From assembly GCA_035308765.1 (NCBI GenBank), contig DATGGA010000064.1:39310-103309 (forward strand): a stretch of 64,000 nucleotides of DNA, given 5' to 3'. Of the stretch, positions 22,309 to 32,624 are shown one piece after another. Numbering within the stretch: position 1 is the first letter of the stretch; each line of letters starts with the position of its first letter. The translations under genes were made by a program, and so were the position numbers. The notes beneath the pieces were generated by a model, which made no database searches, was not told where the DNA came from, and saw only the letters and a list, made by a program, of their open reading frames with translations. The stretch comes from Burkholderiales bacterium (lineage in GTDB: Bacteria; Pseudomonadota; Gammaproteobacteria; Burkholderiales; SG8-39).

Positions 22309-23793
22309 ATGGCCATTGAGCTGAACAAGCGGACCAAGATCCTGGCAGGCGTCGTAGTGCTCGGGCTTGCCGGCGCGGGCGCCTGGTTTTTCTATTTCCA
22401 GGACGATACGCCGCCGCCCCGCGCCGCCGCTCCCAAACCTGCGGCGAAACCGGCTGCGGATGCGTCGAAACAGGCCGAGGCGCCCAAGCCCGCCACGGCA
22501 GATGCGATTCAGGCGGCAGCCAGCCCGTCGCCAGCGCCGGCTGCGGCAACGCCTGCTGCCGCGAAGCCGATCCCGAAGGACCCAGACCAGCTGATTGCCG
22601 AGGTGGTCGAGACTTCGGGCCTCAAGGCGCAATTCCAGACCTTCGGCCGCGAGACCATGCTCAAGGCGACTTTGAACGTGCAGTCCCAGAAGCAGGCCGC
22701 GAATCCGGAAGACCTAAAAGCGGTGACCGAGATCGCCGCGCGCGTGTTCGAACCGGGCAAGATGACTACGGAACTCGCCGCCAACGTCAAGGCGGCGGGC
22801 AATTTCGATGCCGAGCGCATGGCGCGCTTTCTCGAGTTGCTGCGCCAGCCGATCGCGTTCAAGATGACCTCGCAGGAGCTGCGCAGCGTCTCTCCGGAAG
22901 CGATGCAGGAATACACGGAAAATTTCCGCAAGAACCCGCCGCCCAACGCCCGCGTCAAGCTGATCCAGTCGATCGACGAGGTGACGCATACCGCGGAACT
23001 CTCCGCCGACATGGCGAACGCAATGGTGCACGACATGATCGATGTGATCCTCGATTCGAGGCAGAAAGCGGGCAAGCGGGTGCCCAGGGAAGCGCGCCAG
23101 GCGGTCGGCTCGCACCTGAATTCCATGCGCAGCCAGATGCGCGGCCAGTACCGCACCATCATGTACGTGATGTACCGTGATGCCACCGACGCGGAGTTGT
23201 CCGAGTACCTGAAGCTGCTGGACGCCGATACCGGGCGCTGGGGTTACGACATGCTTGCCGGTGCGATTCGCCCGATCCTCGTGAGCCGCGGCAGCGCGGC
23301 CGGGCGAGAACTGGCGCAACTCGCCATCGCCAAGCAGGAGATGGGCAAGCAGACGGCATCTGCTTCGCCGCAGCCGGCAGCCAAGACCGCGGAAGAGAAA
23401 CCCGCCGAGCAGCCCGTTGCCGCCGCTGCTGCTCCTACTCCTGCCCCCGTACCGGTGGCGCAGCCTGGCTACCGGCGCGCGGCCGATATTCGGGACGTGT
23501 ACACGCGCTACAACGACGTCGTCAGCGCCACGGTGATGCGCGATGCGGCGGCGGTCAAGGAACTGCTCGACGACGGCAAACCCCCAAACGGCCACCAGAG
23601 CGATGGCATGACGCCGCTGATGATCGCAGCCGCCAATGGAGATGCCGAGATCGCGGCCATGCTGCTCGCCAAGGGCGCGGATCCCAACCTGCGCGCACCG
23701 GGCGGCAGGAGTGCGTTGTCGATTGCGAAGTCCCGCGGCGCCGCAGGCGCGGAGATGGTGCAGCTGCTCCAGCGTAACGGGGCCAGGGACTGA
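22309..23793 (+). CDS. membrane-anchored protein with Pro/Ala-rich linker, DUF2059-like central region and C-terminal ankyrin repeats
   Basis: ATG at 22309 follows aaggaagga. One N-terminal TM helix. Pro/Ala/Lys linkers. The C-terminus (GMTPLMIAAANGDAEIAAMLLAKGADPNLRAPGGRSALSIA) is a clear ankyrin repeat pair. Confidence 0.6.
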   Translation: MAIELNKRTKILAGVVVLGLAGAGAWFFYFQDDTPPPRAAAPKPAAKPAADASKQAEAPKPATADAIQAAASPSPAPAAATPAAAKPIPKDPDQLIAEVVETSGLKAQFQTFGRETMLKATLNVQSQKQAANPEDLKAVTEIAARVFEPGKMTTELAANVKAAGNFDAERMARFLELLRQPIAFKMTSQELRSVSPEAMQEYTENFRKNPPPNARVKLIQSIDEVTHTAELSADMANAMVHDMIDVILDSRQKAGKRVPREARQAVGSHLNSMRSQMRGQYRTIMYVMYRDATDAELSEYLKLLDADTGRWGYDMLAGAIRPILVSRGSAAGRELAQLAIAKQEMGKQTASASPQPAAKTAEEKPAEQPVAAAAAPTPAPVPVAQPGYRRAADIRDVYTRYNDVVSATVMRDAAAVKELLDDGKPPNGHQSDGMTPLMIAAANGDAEIAAMLLAKGADPNLRAPGGRSALSIAKSRGAAGAEMVQLLQRNGARD

Positions 23794-23806
23794 GATTCCG
23801 CATCGG

Positions 23807-24943
23807 GTGAAACGGATCGTCCTTGCCGCGCTGTTCGCATTCGGTGCGGGCGTTACGCAATCCGCCGATTTCACCGACGCCGAACTGCGCGCCATCCTGC
23901 GGCACGGCCCCTGGCCCGCGCCCTGGTCGGCGGACCCGTCCAACCGGGCGTCCGGCAATCCGGAGGCGATCGAGTTAGGCGAGCGCCTGTTTTTCGAGCC
24001 GCGCCTGTCGCCGTCCGGCAAGGTGCTATGCGCGACCTGCCATGTGCCGTACCGCGGCTTCCAGGATTCCCGCGCGCGCGCCTTCGGCCTGGCCGAAGTG
24101 GACCGGAATACGCCGAGCATCTACAACGTGCGCTACAACCGTTGGTTCGGCTGGGACGGCGCCGGCGATTCGCTCTGGGCGCAGAGTGTCCGCCCTATCC
24201 TCGAAGCGCGCGAGATGGGCGGCAGCCAGGCGCAGGCCGCGGCGCTGCTGCGCGGCGATGCCGAGCTCTCCTGCCGCTACGAGAAGGTTTTCGGCGTGCC
24301 GCCGCCCGCCTCGGACGAAGCCGTGCTCGCCGGCATCGGCAAGGCGCTCGCGGCCTACCAGGAGACCATCGCGACCGGACGCACGTCCTTCGATGATTTC
24401 CGCGACGCGCTCGAAAGGGGCGACCGCATATCCGCCGCGCTCTATCCGCCGGCGGCGCAGCGCGGGCTGCAAATATTCGTCGGCAAGGGCGGTTGCGGCG
24501 CCTGCCATGCCGGGCCGGCGTTCTCCAACGGAGAATTCCACGACACCGGGGTGCCCGCCGTCATTTCCGGTGGCGACGCGGACCCGGGGCGCGGTGGAGG
24601 AATCCGGAAGCTGCAAGCGAATCCCTTCAACCTGCTCGGCCGGTACGACGACGATCAATCGGGCAGGAGCGCAGCCCAAACGCTGCGCGTTTCGCTCGAA
24701 CAACGCAATTTCGGCGAATTCAGGGTGCCCAGCCTGCGCAACGTTGCGCTCACCGCGCCCTACATGCACAACGGCAGCGTGGCGTCGCTCGCCGATGTCG
24801 TACGCCGTCATCCCGTTCCGGGGCGCCCGCATCTGGGCGAGGAGGAGTCCGCCGACCTGATCGCGTTTCTCGAGTCGCTGACGGAGTCGCCGGTCGCGAG
24901 TGTCGCGCCGCCTAAGCTCCCGCTCGCGCCCTGCCGGCGATGA
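23807..24943 (+). CDS. di-haem cytochrome c peroxidase / MauG-family protein
   Basis: Two CxxCH motifs (CATCH, CGACH). Signal peptide from a GTG start at 23807 (VKRIVLAALFAFGAG). Conserved FRVPSLRNVA..PYMHNG. Confidence 0.8.
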   Translation: MKRIVLAALFAFGAGVTQSADFTDAELRAILRHGPWPAPWSADPSNRASGNPEAIELGERLFFEPRLSPSGKVLCATCHVPYRGFQDSRARAFGLAEVDRNTPSIYNVRYNRWFGWDGAGDSLWAQSVRPILEAREMGGSQAQAAALLRGDAELSCRYEKVFGVPPPASDEAVLAGIGKALAAYQETIATGRTSFDDFRDALERGDRISAALYPPAAQRGLQIFVGKGGCGACHAGPAFSNGEFHDTGVPAVISGGDADPGRGGGIRKLQANPFNLLGRYDDDQSGRSAAQTLRVSLEQRNFGEFRVPSLRNVALTAPYMHNGSVASLADVVRRHPVPGRPHLGEEESADLIAFLESLTESPVASVAPPKLPLAPCRR

Positions 24944-25389
24944 CGATGGTCTTCGACGATGCGCGGGTGGATGATCTGCCGCAGCTGGCCGAGCTGCTGG
25001 GCATTCTTTTCACGCAGGAACATGAACTCACGCCGGACGCGGCCAAGCAACTGCGCGGCCTGAGGATGATCCTCGAATATCCATCGACCGGGCGCATCTT
25101 CGTCGCGCGCGATGGCGCGCGCGTGCTCGGTTCGGTGAGCATCCTGAGGACGGTGAGCACCGCCGAAGGCGGCCCCGCCGGCGCGCTCGAGGACTTCGTG
25201 GTGCGCCCCGAGTGCAGGGGCAGGGGCGTGGGCGCGCAATTGCTCGCTCATGCCATCGACTGCGCCAGGGCGGACGGATTGCTGCGGCTGATCCTGCTGA
25301 CCGACGGCGACAACGTCGACGCGCAGCGGCTCTACGAGCGCGCGGGGTTCAAGCGCTCGGCAATGCTGCCGATGAGACTGAAACTTTAG
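24940..25389 (+). CDS. GNAT family N-acetyltransferase
   Basis: 149 aa with the acetyl-CoA motif RGRGVGAQLL. ATG overlaps the upstream stop. Confidence 0.75.
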   Translation: MTMVFDDARVDDLPQLAELLGILFTQEHELTPDAAKQLRGLRMILEYPSTGRIFVARDGARVLGSVSILRTVSTAEGGPAGALEDFVVRPECRGRGVGAQLLAHAIDCARADGLLRLILLTDGDNVDAQRLYERAGFKRSAMLPMRLKL

Positions 25390-26359
25390 CCGCCCGGTCG
25401 GCGAAGATCTTGCCGAGCGTCGTGCGGAACGACATCACCTCCGCAGCCTCGAGCAGGCCGCGCGCCGTCAGTTCCCGATGCAGCGCGGGCAGATTGTATT
25501 GCGGCACCGAGGCGTAGAGGTGGTGCTCGATGTGGAAATTGACATGGTGCGGAAAGATCAGCCAGCCCAGCCATGCCGGGACCAGGTTGGTGCGCGCAGC
25601 GGTGAGCGGCGAGGAAAAATCGGTGGTGGCGCCGTGCTCGGCGATGGCGCGCAGTCTCAGGATTGCCTGAACGACCGTCAGCAAAGGCAAAATCCAGAGG
25701 ACGAGATATTCAACGATAAAACCATTCCAGAAAAAGAAAAATAATAGGATTGCGTGAGCAGCAATTACCATGTTCCGGTCGGATCGGGCTTCTTCCCTCA
25801 GCTTCCCGGACGTATCGTCGAGCGGCCGGATCGCCACATTGGTCTGCGTGTTTAGGGCCGGCGCGCCGCCGAGGAAATAGGCGTAGGTCTTCCAGGCGGT
25901 GAATCCGGTCAGATCCTTGAGCAGCTTTTTCGCCAGATAGGCTTTGCCCCGCGGGTAGCCGCCGTGCAGCGCGGTGTCGGGATCGAGCCCGGTGTAGAGG
26001 TTGTTGTGGTGCAGGCGGTGGATCACGCGGTAGGTGCGCATCGACAGTCCCTGCAGCGTGGCGCAGACCCGGCCGGCGGCATCGTTCAACCAGCGCTGCT
26101 CGAAGAGGCGATAGTGCGCCGACTCGTGCGCGAGCACAAAAAGCGCATGCTGCCGGGTGCCAATCAGGACCACGCAGGGAATCACCACCCACCAGGTCCA
26201 CCAGTACAGTGCGGCGGCGATCAGCGCGGCAAGCACGAGGAATTCCTGCACTACCGACCACGCCGAACGCCAGGCGGAGACCTGCGACAGGCGCTGCACA
26301 AGTTCCCTGGGCAGCGCCTTGCGGAAATCGTCCTTGAACTCTTCGCCGAGCACCGCCAT
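25349..26359 (-). CDS. membrane fatty acid desaturase family protein
   Basis: Three His boxes (HESAH, HRLHH, HIEHH) and TM helices. Confidence 0.8.
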   Translation of the reverse strand: MAVLGEEFKDDFRKALPRELVQRLSQVSAWRSAWSVVQEFLVLAALIAAALYWWTWWVVIPCVVLIGTRQHALFVLAHESAHYRLFEQRWLNDAAGRVCATLQGLSMRTYRVIHRLHHNNLYTGLDPDTALHGGYPRGKAYLAKKLLKDLTGFTAWKTYAYFLGGAPALNTQTNVAIRPLDDTSGKLREEARSDRNMVIAAHAILLFFFFWNGFIVEYLVLWILPLLTVVQAILRLRAIAEHGATTDFSSPLTAARTNLVPAWLGWLIFPHHVNFHIEHHLYASVPQYNLPALHRELTARGLLEAAEVMSFRTTLGKIFADRAAKVSVSSAALPSA

Positions 26360-26371
26360 CCGGCTTCCCCT

Positions 26372-27856
26372 TTACACGCCGCCCATGCAGATGTACTTCA
26401 CCTCGATGAATTCCTCACAGCCGTATTTCGAGCCTTCGCGGCCGAGACCGGACTGCTTGACACCTCCGAATGGCGCGACTTCCGTGGTGATGAGGCCGGA
26501 GTTGACGCCGACCATGCCGTAGTCGAGCGCTTCGGCCACGCGCCAGACACGGCCGATGTCGCGGCTGTAGAAGTAGGCCGCGAGTCCGTATTCGGTGCGG
26601 TTGGCGAGTTCGATCACTTCGGCGTCGGTCTTGAAGCGGAACAGCGGCGCGACCGGACCGAAGGTCTCCTCGCGGAAAATCTTCATGCCTGGGAGCGCGT
26701 TGGCGAGCACGGTCGGCTCGTAGAAGGTGCCGCCGCGCGCGTGGCGCTTGCCGCCGGTGAGCACCCTGGCGCCGCCTGCGGTAGCGTCGGCGACATGCTC
26801 TTCCACCTTGGCGAGCGCATTGCCGTCGATGAGCGGGCCCTGCGTCGCGCCGGCCTCGGTGCCGGGGGAGACCTGCAGCGCCTTCACCTTCTCGACCAGC
26901 TTCGCGGCGAACGCGTCGTAAACCCTGTCGTGCACGAAAAGGCGGTTGGCGCAGACGCAGGTCTGGCCGCTGTTGCGGTACTTGGACACCATCGCACCCT
27001 CGGCAGCGGCGTCCAGGTCCGCGTCGTCGAACACGATAAAGGGCGCGTTGCCGCCCAGTTCCAGCGAAATCTTCTTCACCGTCGGCGCCGACTGCTTCAT
27101 CAGCAGGCGTCCGACTTCGGTGGAGCCGGTGAAAGACACTTTGCGCACCGCAGGATTGGCGCAGAGCTCGCCGCCGATCGCCGGCGCATCGCCGGTGAGG
27201 ATGTTGAGCACGCCTTTCGGGAAGCCCGCGCGCTCGGCCAGTTCGGCCAGCGCGAGGGCCGAGTAGGGCGTCTGCTCCGCGGGCTTCAGCACTACGGTGC
27301 AGCCGGCGGCTAGCGCCGGCGCCACCTTGCGGGTGATCATCGAGTGCGGGAAATTCCATGGCGTGATCGCCGCGCATACGCCCACCGGTTGCTTGACGAC
27401 CACGATGCGCCGGTCGCCCCAGGGCGTGGGAATGGTGTCGCCGTAGATGCGCTTCGCTTCTTCGGCGAACCACTCTATGTAGGCGGCGCCGATCTGTATT
27501 TCGCCCTTGGCTTCCGCCAGCGGCTTGCCCTGCTCGGTGGTGAGGATCAGCGCGAGGTCATCCAGGTTGGCGAGGATCAGGTCGTTCCATTTGCGCAGGA
27601 TCGCGGAGCGCTCCTTGGCGGTCCTTGCGCGCCACGCGACCAGCGCCCGCTCGGCGGCTTCGATCGCGCGCCTCGTTTCGGCGCCGCCGAGGTCCGGTAC
27701 GCTGCCCAGCGTCTCGCCGGTCGCTGGATTGTTGACTGCGAAGGTTTTCTTCGAATCGGCGCCGGTCCAGGCGCCGTCCAGGTAGCACTGGTCGCGAAAC
27801 AGCTTCGGGTCCTTCAGGGGCAACGGCGGCAATCCCGCTTGCTTGGGAGCGTTCAT
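26372..27856 (-). CDS. gabD: NAD(P)-dependent succinate-semialdehyde dehydrogenase
   Basis: 494 aa aldehyde dehydrogenase with catalytic ELGGNAP and GQTCVCANR motifs. Overall GabD-like. Confidence 0.85.
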   Translation of the reverse strand: MNAPKQAGLPPLPLKDPKLFRDQCYLDGAWTGADSKKTFAVNNPATGETLGSVPDLGGAETRRAIEAAERALVAWRARTAKERSAILRKWNDLILANLDDLALILTTEQGKPLAEAKGEIQIGAAYIEWFAEEAKRIYGDTIPTPWGDRRIVVVKQPVGVCAAITPWNFPHSMITRKVAPALAAGCTVVLKPAEQTPYSALALAELAERAGFPKGVLNILTGDAPAIGGELCANPAVRKVSFTGSTEVGRLLMKQSAPTVKKISLELGGNAPFIVFDDADLDAAAEGAMVSKYRNSGQTCVCANRLFVHDRVYDAFAAKLVEKVKALQVSPGTEAGATQGPLIDGNALAKVEEHVADATAGGARVLTGGKRHARGGTFYEPTVLANALPGMKIFREETFGPVAPLFRFKTDAEVIELANRTEYGLAAYFYSRDIGRVWRVAEALDYGMVGVNSGLITTEVAPFGGVKQSGLGREGSKYGCEEFIEVKYICMGGV

Positions 27857-27908
27857 GAGGTTCTCCAGGGCAGTGCGATCAGCGTCGAATTTTACGCCCG
27901 CGGCGTGC

Positions 27909-27942
27909 CTGTAACGTTACTGAAATATTGCGCCGCTAGGCT
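27909..27942 (+). promoter_or_regulatory. Pho box plus -10 of pstS promoter
   Basis: CTGTAAC-gtta-CTGAAAT (27909-27926), 10 nt, then TAGGCT (27937-27942). 40 nt upstream of the pstS ATG. Confidence 0.7.
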
Positions 27943-27981
27943 GGCGGGGTTCGCATCATTTCCGTCACAAAAGGACCCCAA

Positions 27982-29025
27982 ATGCTCAAATTCAAATTAG
28001 CGGCGCCGATGCTAGGTCTCGTAGCAGCGGCAAGCTTTTCCCTCTCGGCTCAGGCCGTCGACATCACGGGCGCGGGCGCGACCTTCCCCTATCCGATTTA
28101 CGCCAAGTGGGCGGATGCCTACAAGACGCAGACCGGCACGGGGCTCAATTACCAGTCGATCGGCTCGGGCGGCGGTATCAAGCAGATCAGCGCGAAGACG
28201 GTCGATTTCGGGGCGTCCGACATGCCTCTGACGCCTGCGGACCTGGACAAAGGCGGGCTGATGCAATTTCCCACGGTGATCGGCGGCGATGTTCCCGTCG
28301 TCAACCTCAAGGGCATCGGTCCCGGGCAGATGAAGCTTTCCGGCCCGGTACTGGCAGACATCTTCCTCGGCAAGATCAAGAAGTGGAACGATCCTGCGAT
28401 TGTGTCGTTGAATCCGGGTGTCGCGCTGGGCGCCGTGGACATCAATGTCGTTCATCGTTCGGACGGTTCGGGCACGACTTTCATCTGGACCAACTACCTG
28501 TCCAAAGTCAGCCCCGAGTGGAAATCCGCGGTCGGCGAGGGTACCTCGGTCAACTGGCCGGTGGGCGTGGGCGGCAAGGGCAACGAAGGCGTGGCCTCCT
28601 ACGTGCAGCGCATCGAGGGCTCGATCGGCTACGTCGAGTACGCATACGTGCTGCAGAACAAGATGGCCTACACGCTGGTGAAGAACCGCGACGGAAGTCT
28701 GGTGTCGCCGAGTGCGCAGGGCTTCAAGGCCGCAGCCGCAGGCGCCGACTGGAAAGCGGCGCCCGGGATGTACTTGATCCTCACCGATGCACCTGGAAAA
28801 GACGCTTGGCCGATCGCCGGCGCGACTTTCATCCTGATGCACAAGGTGCAGGAAAAACCGGAGAACGCGAAACAGGTCCTGAAGTTCTTCGATTGGGCCT
28901 ATACGAAGGGTGACAAACTTGCCGAGGAGCTTGATTACGTGCCGCTGCCGGACGCGGTCGTGAAGCTGATCCAGTCCAACTGGAAGTCGCAATTGAAGGA
29001 CGCATCCGGCAAGGCGGTCTACTGA
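27982..29025 (+). CDS. pstS: phosphate ABC transporter substrate-binding protein PstS
   Basis: 347 aa with a signal peptide. Motifs GAGATFPYP and SGGG. Confidence 0.92.
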   Translation: MLKFKLAAPMLGLVAAASFSLSAQAVDITGAGATFPYPIYAKWADAYKTQTGTGLNYQSIGSGGGIKQISAKTVDFGASDMPLTPADLDKGGLMQFPTVIGGDVPVVNLKGIGPGQMKLSGPVLADIFLGKIKKWNDPAIVSLNPGVALGAVDINVVHRSDGSGTTFIWTNYLSKVSPEWKSAVGEGTSVNWPVGVGGKGNEGVASYVQRIEGSIGYVEYAYVLQNKMAYTLVKNRDGSLVSPSAQGFKAAAAGADWKAAPGMYLILTDAPGKDAWPIAGATFILMHKVQEKPENAKQVLKFFDWAYTKGDKLAEELDYVPLPDAVVKLIQSNWKSQLKDASGKAVY

Positions 29026-29054
29026 GCGCTTTGCACCAAGTCATTGATCTGGAA

Positions 29055-29081
29055 GGGGGCGGTGCAAACCGCCCCCTTTTT
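29055..29081 (+). terminator. intrinsic terminator/attenuator between pstS and pstC
   Basis: gggggcgg-tgcaaa-ccgccccc followed by ttttt. Perfect 8-bp GC stem. Confidence 0.7.
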
Positions 29082-29130
29082 GATCGCGCCGCCGCCGCGC
29101 CCCCTTACAATTTACCCGCTTGAAACCTCG

Positions 29131-30144
29131 ATGCCCGCCGCTACGCTGACCAGGTCCGAAGCCGCCACGAGCGCTTCCGCGATGGATGAATCCCAGAGTC
29201 CGCGCCGCCTGCGATCCGCTTCTTGGGCGGACCCCGCCTTCGAGTGGTTGACGCGGGTATTCGCGTTCGTCGTATTCAGCCTGCTCGTGGCGATCCTCGC
29301 CTCGCTCGTCGTCGGCAGCCAGATCACGCTGCAGAAATACGGCTTCTCGTTCATCTGGTCCTCGGACTGGGACCCTGTCAAGGAGCGGTTCGGCGCGCTG
29401 GTGCCGATCTACGGCACGGTCGTGACTTCGCTGATCGCGATGCTGATCGGCGTGCCGGTCAGCTTCGGCATCGCACTGTTCCTCACGGAACTCTCGCCGG
29501 CTTGGCTCAAGCGTCCGCTCGGCACGGCTATCGAGCTGCTCGCCGCGATTCCTTCGATCATCTACGGGATGTGGGGCCTGTTCGTGTTTGCGCCGCTGTT
29601 CCAGGAGCACGTGCAGCCGGCCCTCGTCAATACGCTGGGCGCGGTGCCATTCTTCGGCGCGCTGTTCGCGGGGCCGTCGATCGGCATCGGCATGCTCACC
29701 GCGGGCCTGATCCTCTCGGTCATGGTGATCCCGTTCATTACCGCGGTGATGCGTGATGTGTTCGAAATCGTGCCGGCGATGCTCAAGGAGTCGGCCTATG
29801 GTCTGGGCGCCACCACCTGGGAAGTCGTCTGGCGCGTGGTGCTGCCTTACACAAAGGTGGGCGTCATCGGCGGCATCATGCTGGGCCTCGGGCGGGCGCT
29901 CGGGGAAACGATGGCGGTGACCTTCGTCATCGGCAACGCGCATCATCTCGCGGTCTCCCTGAATGCGCCCGGCAACAGCATCGCTTCGGCGCTCGCCAAT
30001 GAGTTCACCGAAGCGGTCGGCGACATCTACTTCTCGGCGCTGATCGAGCTCGGCTTGATCCTGTTCCTTATCACTACGATCGTCCTGGCGTTGGCCAAAC
30101 TCCTGTTGATGCGGCTGGCGCGCCGCGAGGGGACCGGGGCATGA
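29131..30144 (+). CDS. pstC: phosphate ABC transporter permease PstC
   Basis: Polytopic protein with the EAA-like permease loop ([11 protein letters not shown]). ATG at 29131 lies downstream of the attenuator hairpin. Confidence 0.9.
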   Translation: MPAATLTRSEAATSASAMDESQSPRRLRSASWADPAFEWLTRVFAFVVFSLLVAILASLVVGSQITLQKYGFSFIWSSDWDPVKERFGALVPIYGTVVTSLIAMLIGVPVSFGIALFLTELSPAWLKRPLGTAIELLAAIPSIIYGMWGLFVFAPLFQEHVQPALVNTLGAVPFFGALFAGPSIGIGMLTAGLILSVMVIPFITAVMRDVFEIVPAMLKESAYGLGATTWEVVWRVVLPYTKVGVIGGIMLGLGRALGETMAVTFVIGNAHHLAVSLNAPGNSIASALANEFTEAVGDIYFSALIELGLILFLITTIVLALAKLLLMRLARREGTGA

Positions 30145-31019
30145 GCGCCGTAATGCAGGTTGCAAGCGCGATCAGCCCGGGAAACCGGCTCTACCGTTCG
30201 CGCAAGCGCGTCAATTTATTGCTGCTCGCGATATCCAGCCTCGCGCTCGCGTTCGGCCTGTTCTGGCTGGTATGGATCCTCGGCACGCTGTTGTACGAGG
30301 GTGGCTATGCGCTTGCCCACGCGACCTTGTACTACCAGATGACGCCGCCCCCGGGGGCAGATGGCGGTCTCGCCAACGCGATCGTCGGCAGTCTCGTCAT
30401 GGTGGCAGCGGGGACCTTGATCGGCACGCCGGTCGGCATCCTCGCCGGCACTTATCTCGCGGAATACGGCCGGGGCGGCTGGCTGGCGGGAGCGACGCGC
30501 TTCCTGAACGACGTGCTCCTCTCCGCGCCTTCGATCGTGATCGGCCTGTTCGTGTACTCGGTCTATGTCGCCAGGGTGAAGCACTTTTCAGCCTGGGCGG
30601 GCGCGATGGCGCTGGCGCTGCTGGTCATCCCGGTAGTGGTGCGAACGACCGACGACATGCTCAAGCTGGTGCCGCACACGCTGCGCGAGGCCGCGATGGC
30701 CTTGGGTTGCCCCGCGTGGAAGATGATCGTCTCGGTCACCTACAGGGCGGCGCGCACCGGCATACTCACCGGCGTCCTGCTGGCGATCGCGCGCATAAGC
30801 GGTGAAACCGCGCCGCTGTTGTTTACCGCGCTCAACAACCAGTTCTGGTCGAACAACATGAACGCGCCGATGGCGAACCTGCCGGTGGTGATCTTCCAGT
30901 TCGCCATGAGCCCCTACGAGGACTGGCACCGGCTCGCCTGGGGCGGCGCGGCGCTGATCACGCTCGCGGTGCTGGTGCTCAATATCCTCGCGCGAGCGTT
31001 GTTCCGGAAGACCGACTGA
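30141..31019 (+). CDS. pstA: phosphate ABC transporter permease PstA
   Basis: 292 aa polytopic protein with motif [14 protein letters not shown]. Start overlaps the pstC stop. Confidence 0.9.
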   Translation: MSAVMQVASAISPGNRLYRSRKRVNLLLLAISSLALAFGLFWLVWILGTLLYEGGYALAHATLYYQMTPPPGADGGLANAIVGSLVMVAAGTLIGTPVGILAGTYLAEYGRGGWLAGATRFLNDVLLSAPSIVIGLFVYSVYVARVKHFSAWAGAMALALLVIPVVVRTTDDMLKLVPHTLREAAMALGCPAWKMIVSVTYRAARTGILTGVLLAIARISGETAPLLFTALNNQFWSNNMNAPMANLPVVIFQFAMSPYEDWHRLAWGGAALITLAVLVLNILARALFRKTD

Positions 31020-31027
31020 AACAAGGA

Positions 31028-31885
31028 ATGCAATCCATGGAAGCAGCCAGTTCGGCAGCCACTGCAAGGCCGGCGATTCATACCGCGCTGCGCACAGACC
31101 GCGAGGCGGAACTCAGCGCGCCGTCCGAGCTGAAAGCCAAGCTCAGGATAAAAGGCCTGAATTTCTACTACGGCGGATTTCATGCGATCAAGAATGTCAC
31201 CATGGACATCCCCGAGCGCAAGGTGACCGCATTCATCGGTCCTTCGGGCTGCGGCAAGTCCACGCTGCTCAGGACGTTCAACCGCATGTACGCGCTTTAC
31301 CCGGACCAGCGCGCGGAGGGCGAGATCCTGATGGACGGCGAGAATCTCGTCACGACCAGGCAGGACGTGTCGCTGATCCGCGCCAAGATCGGCATGGTGT
31401 TCCAGAAGCCGACGCCGTTCCCGATGTCGATCTACGACAACATCGCCTTCGGCGTGCGCCTGTTCGAGAGCCTGAGCAAGCGCGAGATGGACGAGCGGGT
31501 CGAGTGGGCGCTGGGCCGCGCGGCGATCTGGAACGAGGTCAAGGACAAGCTGTCGCAGAGCGGCCAGAGCCTGTCGGGCGGCCAGCAGCAGCGCCTGTGC
31601 ATAGCGCGCGGCATCGCCATCAGGCCCGAAGTGCTGCTGCTGGACGAGCCGTGCTCGGCGCTCGACCCGATTTCGACCGCCAAGGTCGAGGAGTTGATCC
31701 ACGAGCTGAAAACCGACTACACCGTGGTAATCGTGACGCACAACATGCAGCAGGCGGCTCGCGTCTCGGACTACACCGCATACATGTACCTGGGCGAACT
31801 CATCGAATACGACGTCACCGACACGATCTTCATCAAGCCCAAAAAGACGGCGACCGAGGATTACATCACCGGCAGATTCGGCTAG
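31028..31885 (+). CDS. pstB: phosphate ABC transporter ATP-binding protein PstB
   Basis: Walker [10 protein letters not shown], signature LSGGQQQR, Walker B LLLDEP. The alternative ATG at 31037 has better SD spacing. Confidence 0.93.
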   Translation: MQSMEAASSAATARPAIHTALRTDREAELSAPSELKAKLRIKGLNFYYGGFHAIKNVTMDIPERKVTAFIGPSGCGKSTLLRTFNRMYALYPDQRAEGEILMDGENLVTTRQDVSLIRAKIGMVFQKPTPFPMSIYDNIAFGVRLFESLSKREMDERVEWALGRAAIWNEVKDKLSQSGQSLSGGQQQRLCIARGIAIRPEVLLLDEPCSALDPISTAKVEELIHELKTDYTVVIVTHNMQQAARVSDYTAYMYLGELIEYDVTDTIFIKPKKTATEDYITGRFG

Positions 31886-31893
31886 GAGGCGGC

Positions 31894-32604
31894 ATGGGCA
31901 TCACCGAGCACATTTCCAAGCAGTTCGAAGCCGACCTCGATACCACGCGCACGCGCGTGCTGCAGATGGGCGGCCTGGTCGAGGCGCAGATCCTCGCCGC
32001 GATCCAGGCCTTCGCCACCGGCGAACCGGCGCTGATCGCGCAGGTGATCGAAAACGACACGCGCGTCAACGGCTACGAGGTCGCCATCGACGGCGCCATC
32101 AACCACATCGTGGTCAAGCGCCAGCCGGCGGCCAGCGACCTGCGCCTGATCATGGCGATCAGCAAGATCGTCACCGATCTCGAGCGCATCGGCGACGAAG
32201 CCGAGAAAATCGCCCGCATGTCCAAGCGCATCCACGAGCAGGGCGCGCATCCCGCGCAGCGTTTCCCGGCGATCCGCCACGCGTCGCAGATTGCGGTGAA
32301 GATGCTGCGCCAGTCGCTGGACTCCTTCGCGCGCCTGGATGTCAACAGCGCGGCCGAGGTGCTCAAGGAAGATACGGCGATCGACGACGAATTCCGCTCG
32401 GTGCTGCGGCAACTGATCACCTACATGATGGAAGACCCGCGTACCATTTCGGCCTCGCTGGAAACCGTTTGGGTGGCCAAGGCGATCGAGCGCATCGGCG
32501 ACCATGCCAAGAATATCGCCGAGCAGGTCATCTACATCGTCAGAGGAACCGACGTGCGCCATACCTCGTTCGAAGACGTCGAACGGGAACTGTCCAAGGA
32601 ATAA
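31894..32604 (+). CDS. phoU: phosphate signalling regulator PhoU
   Basis: 236 aa from the ATG at 31894, preceded by aggagg. Duplicated PhoU repeats (ERIGD twice). Confidence 0.9.
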   Translation: MGITEHISKQFEADLDTTRTRVLQMGGLVEAQILAAIQAFATGEPALIAQVIENDTRVNGYEVAIDGAINHIVVKRQPAASDLRLIMAISKIVTDLERIGDEAEKIARMSKRIHEQGAHPAQRFPAIRHASQIAVKMLRQSLDSFARLDVNSAAEVLKEDTAIDDEFRSVLRQLITYMMEDPRTISASLETVWVAKAIERIGDHAKNIAEQVIYIVRGTDVRHTSFEDVERELSKE

Positions 32605-32624
32605 AGGGAGGCAGCGGCGCCGCC

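Noticed and set aside
25964-27313. 449-aa plus-strand ORF antisense to gabD and the desaturase
   Set aside because: It crosses the boundary between two confidently assigned minus-strand genes. Shadow ORF.
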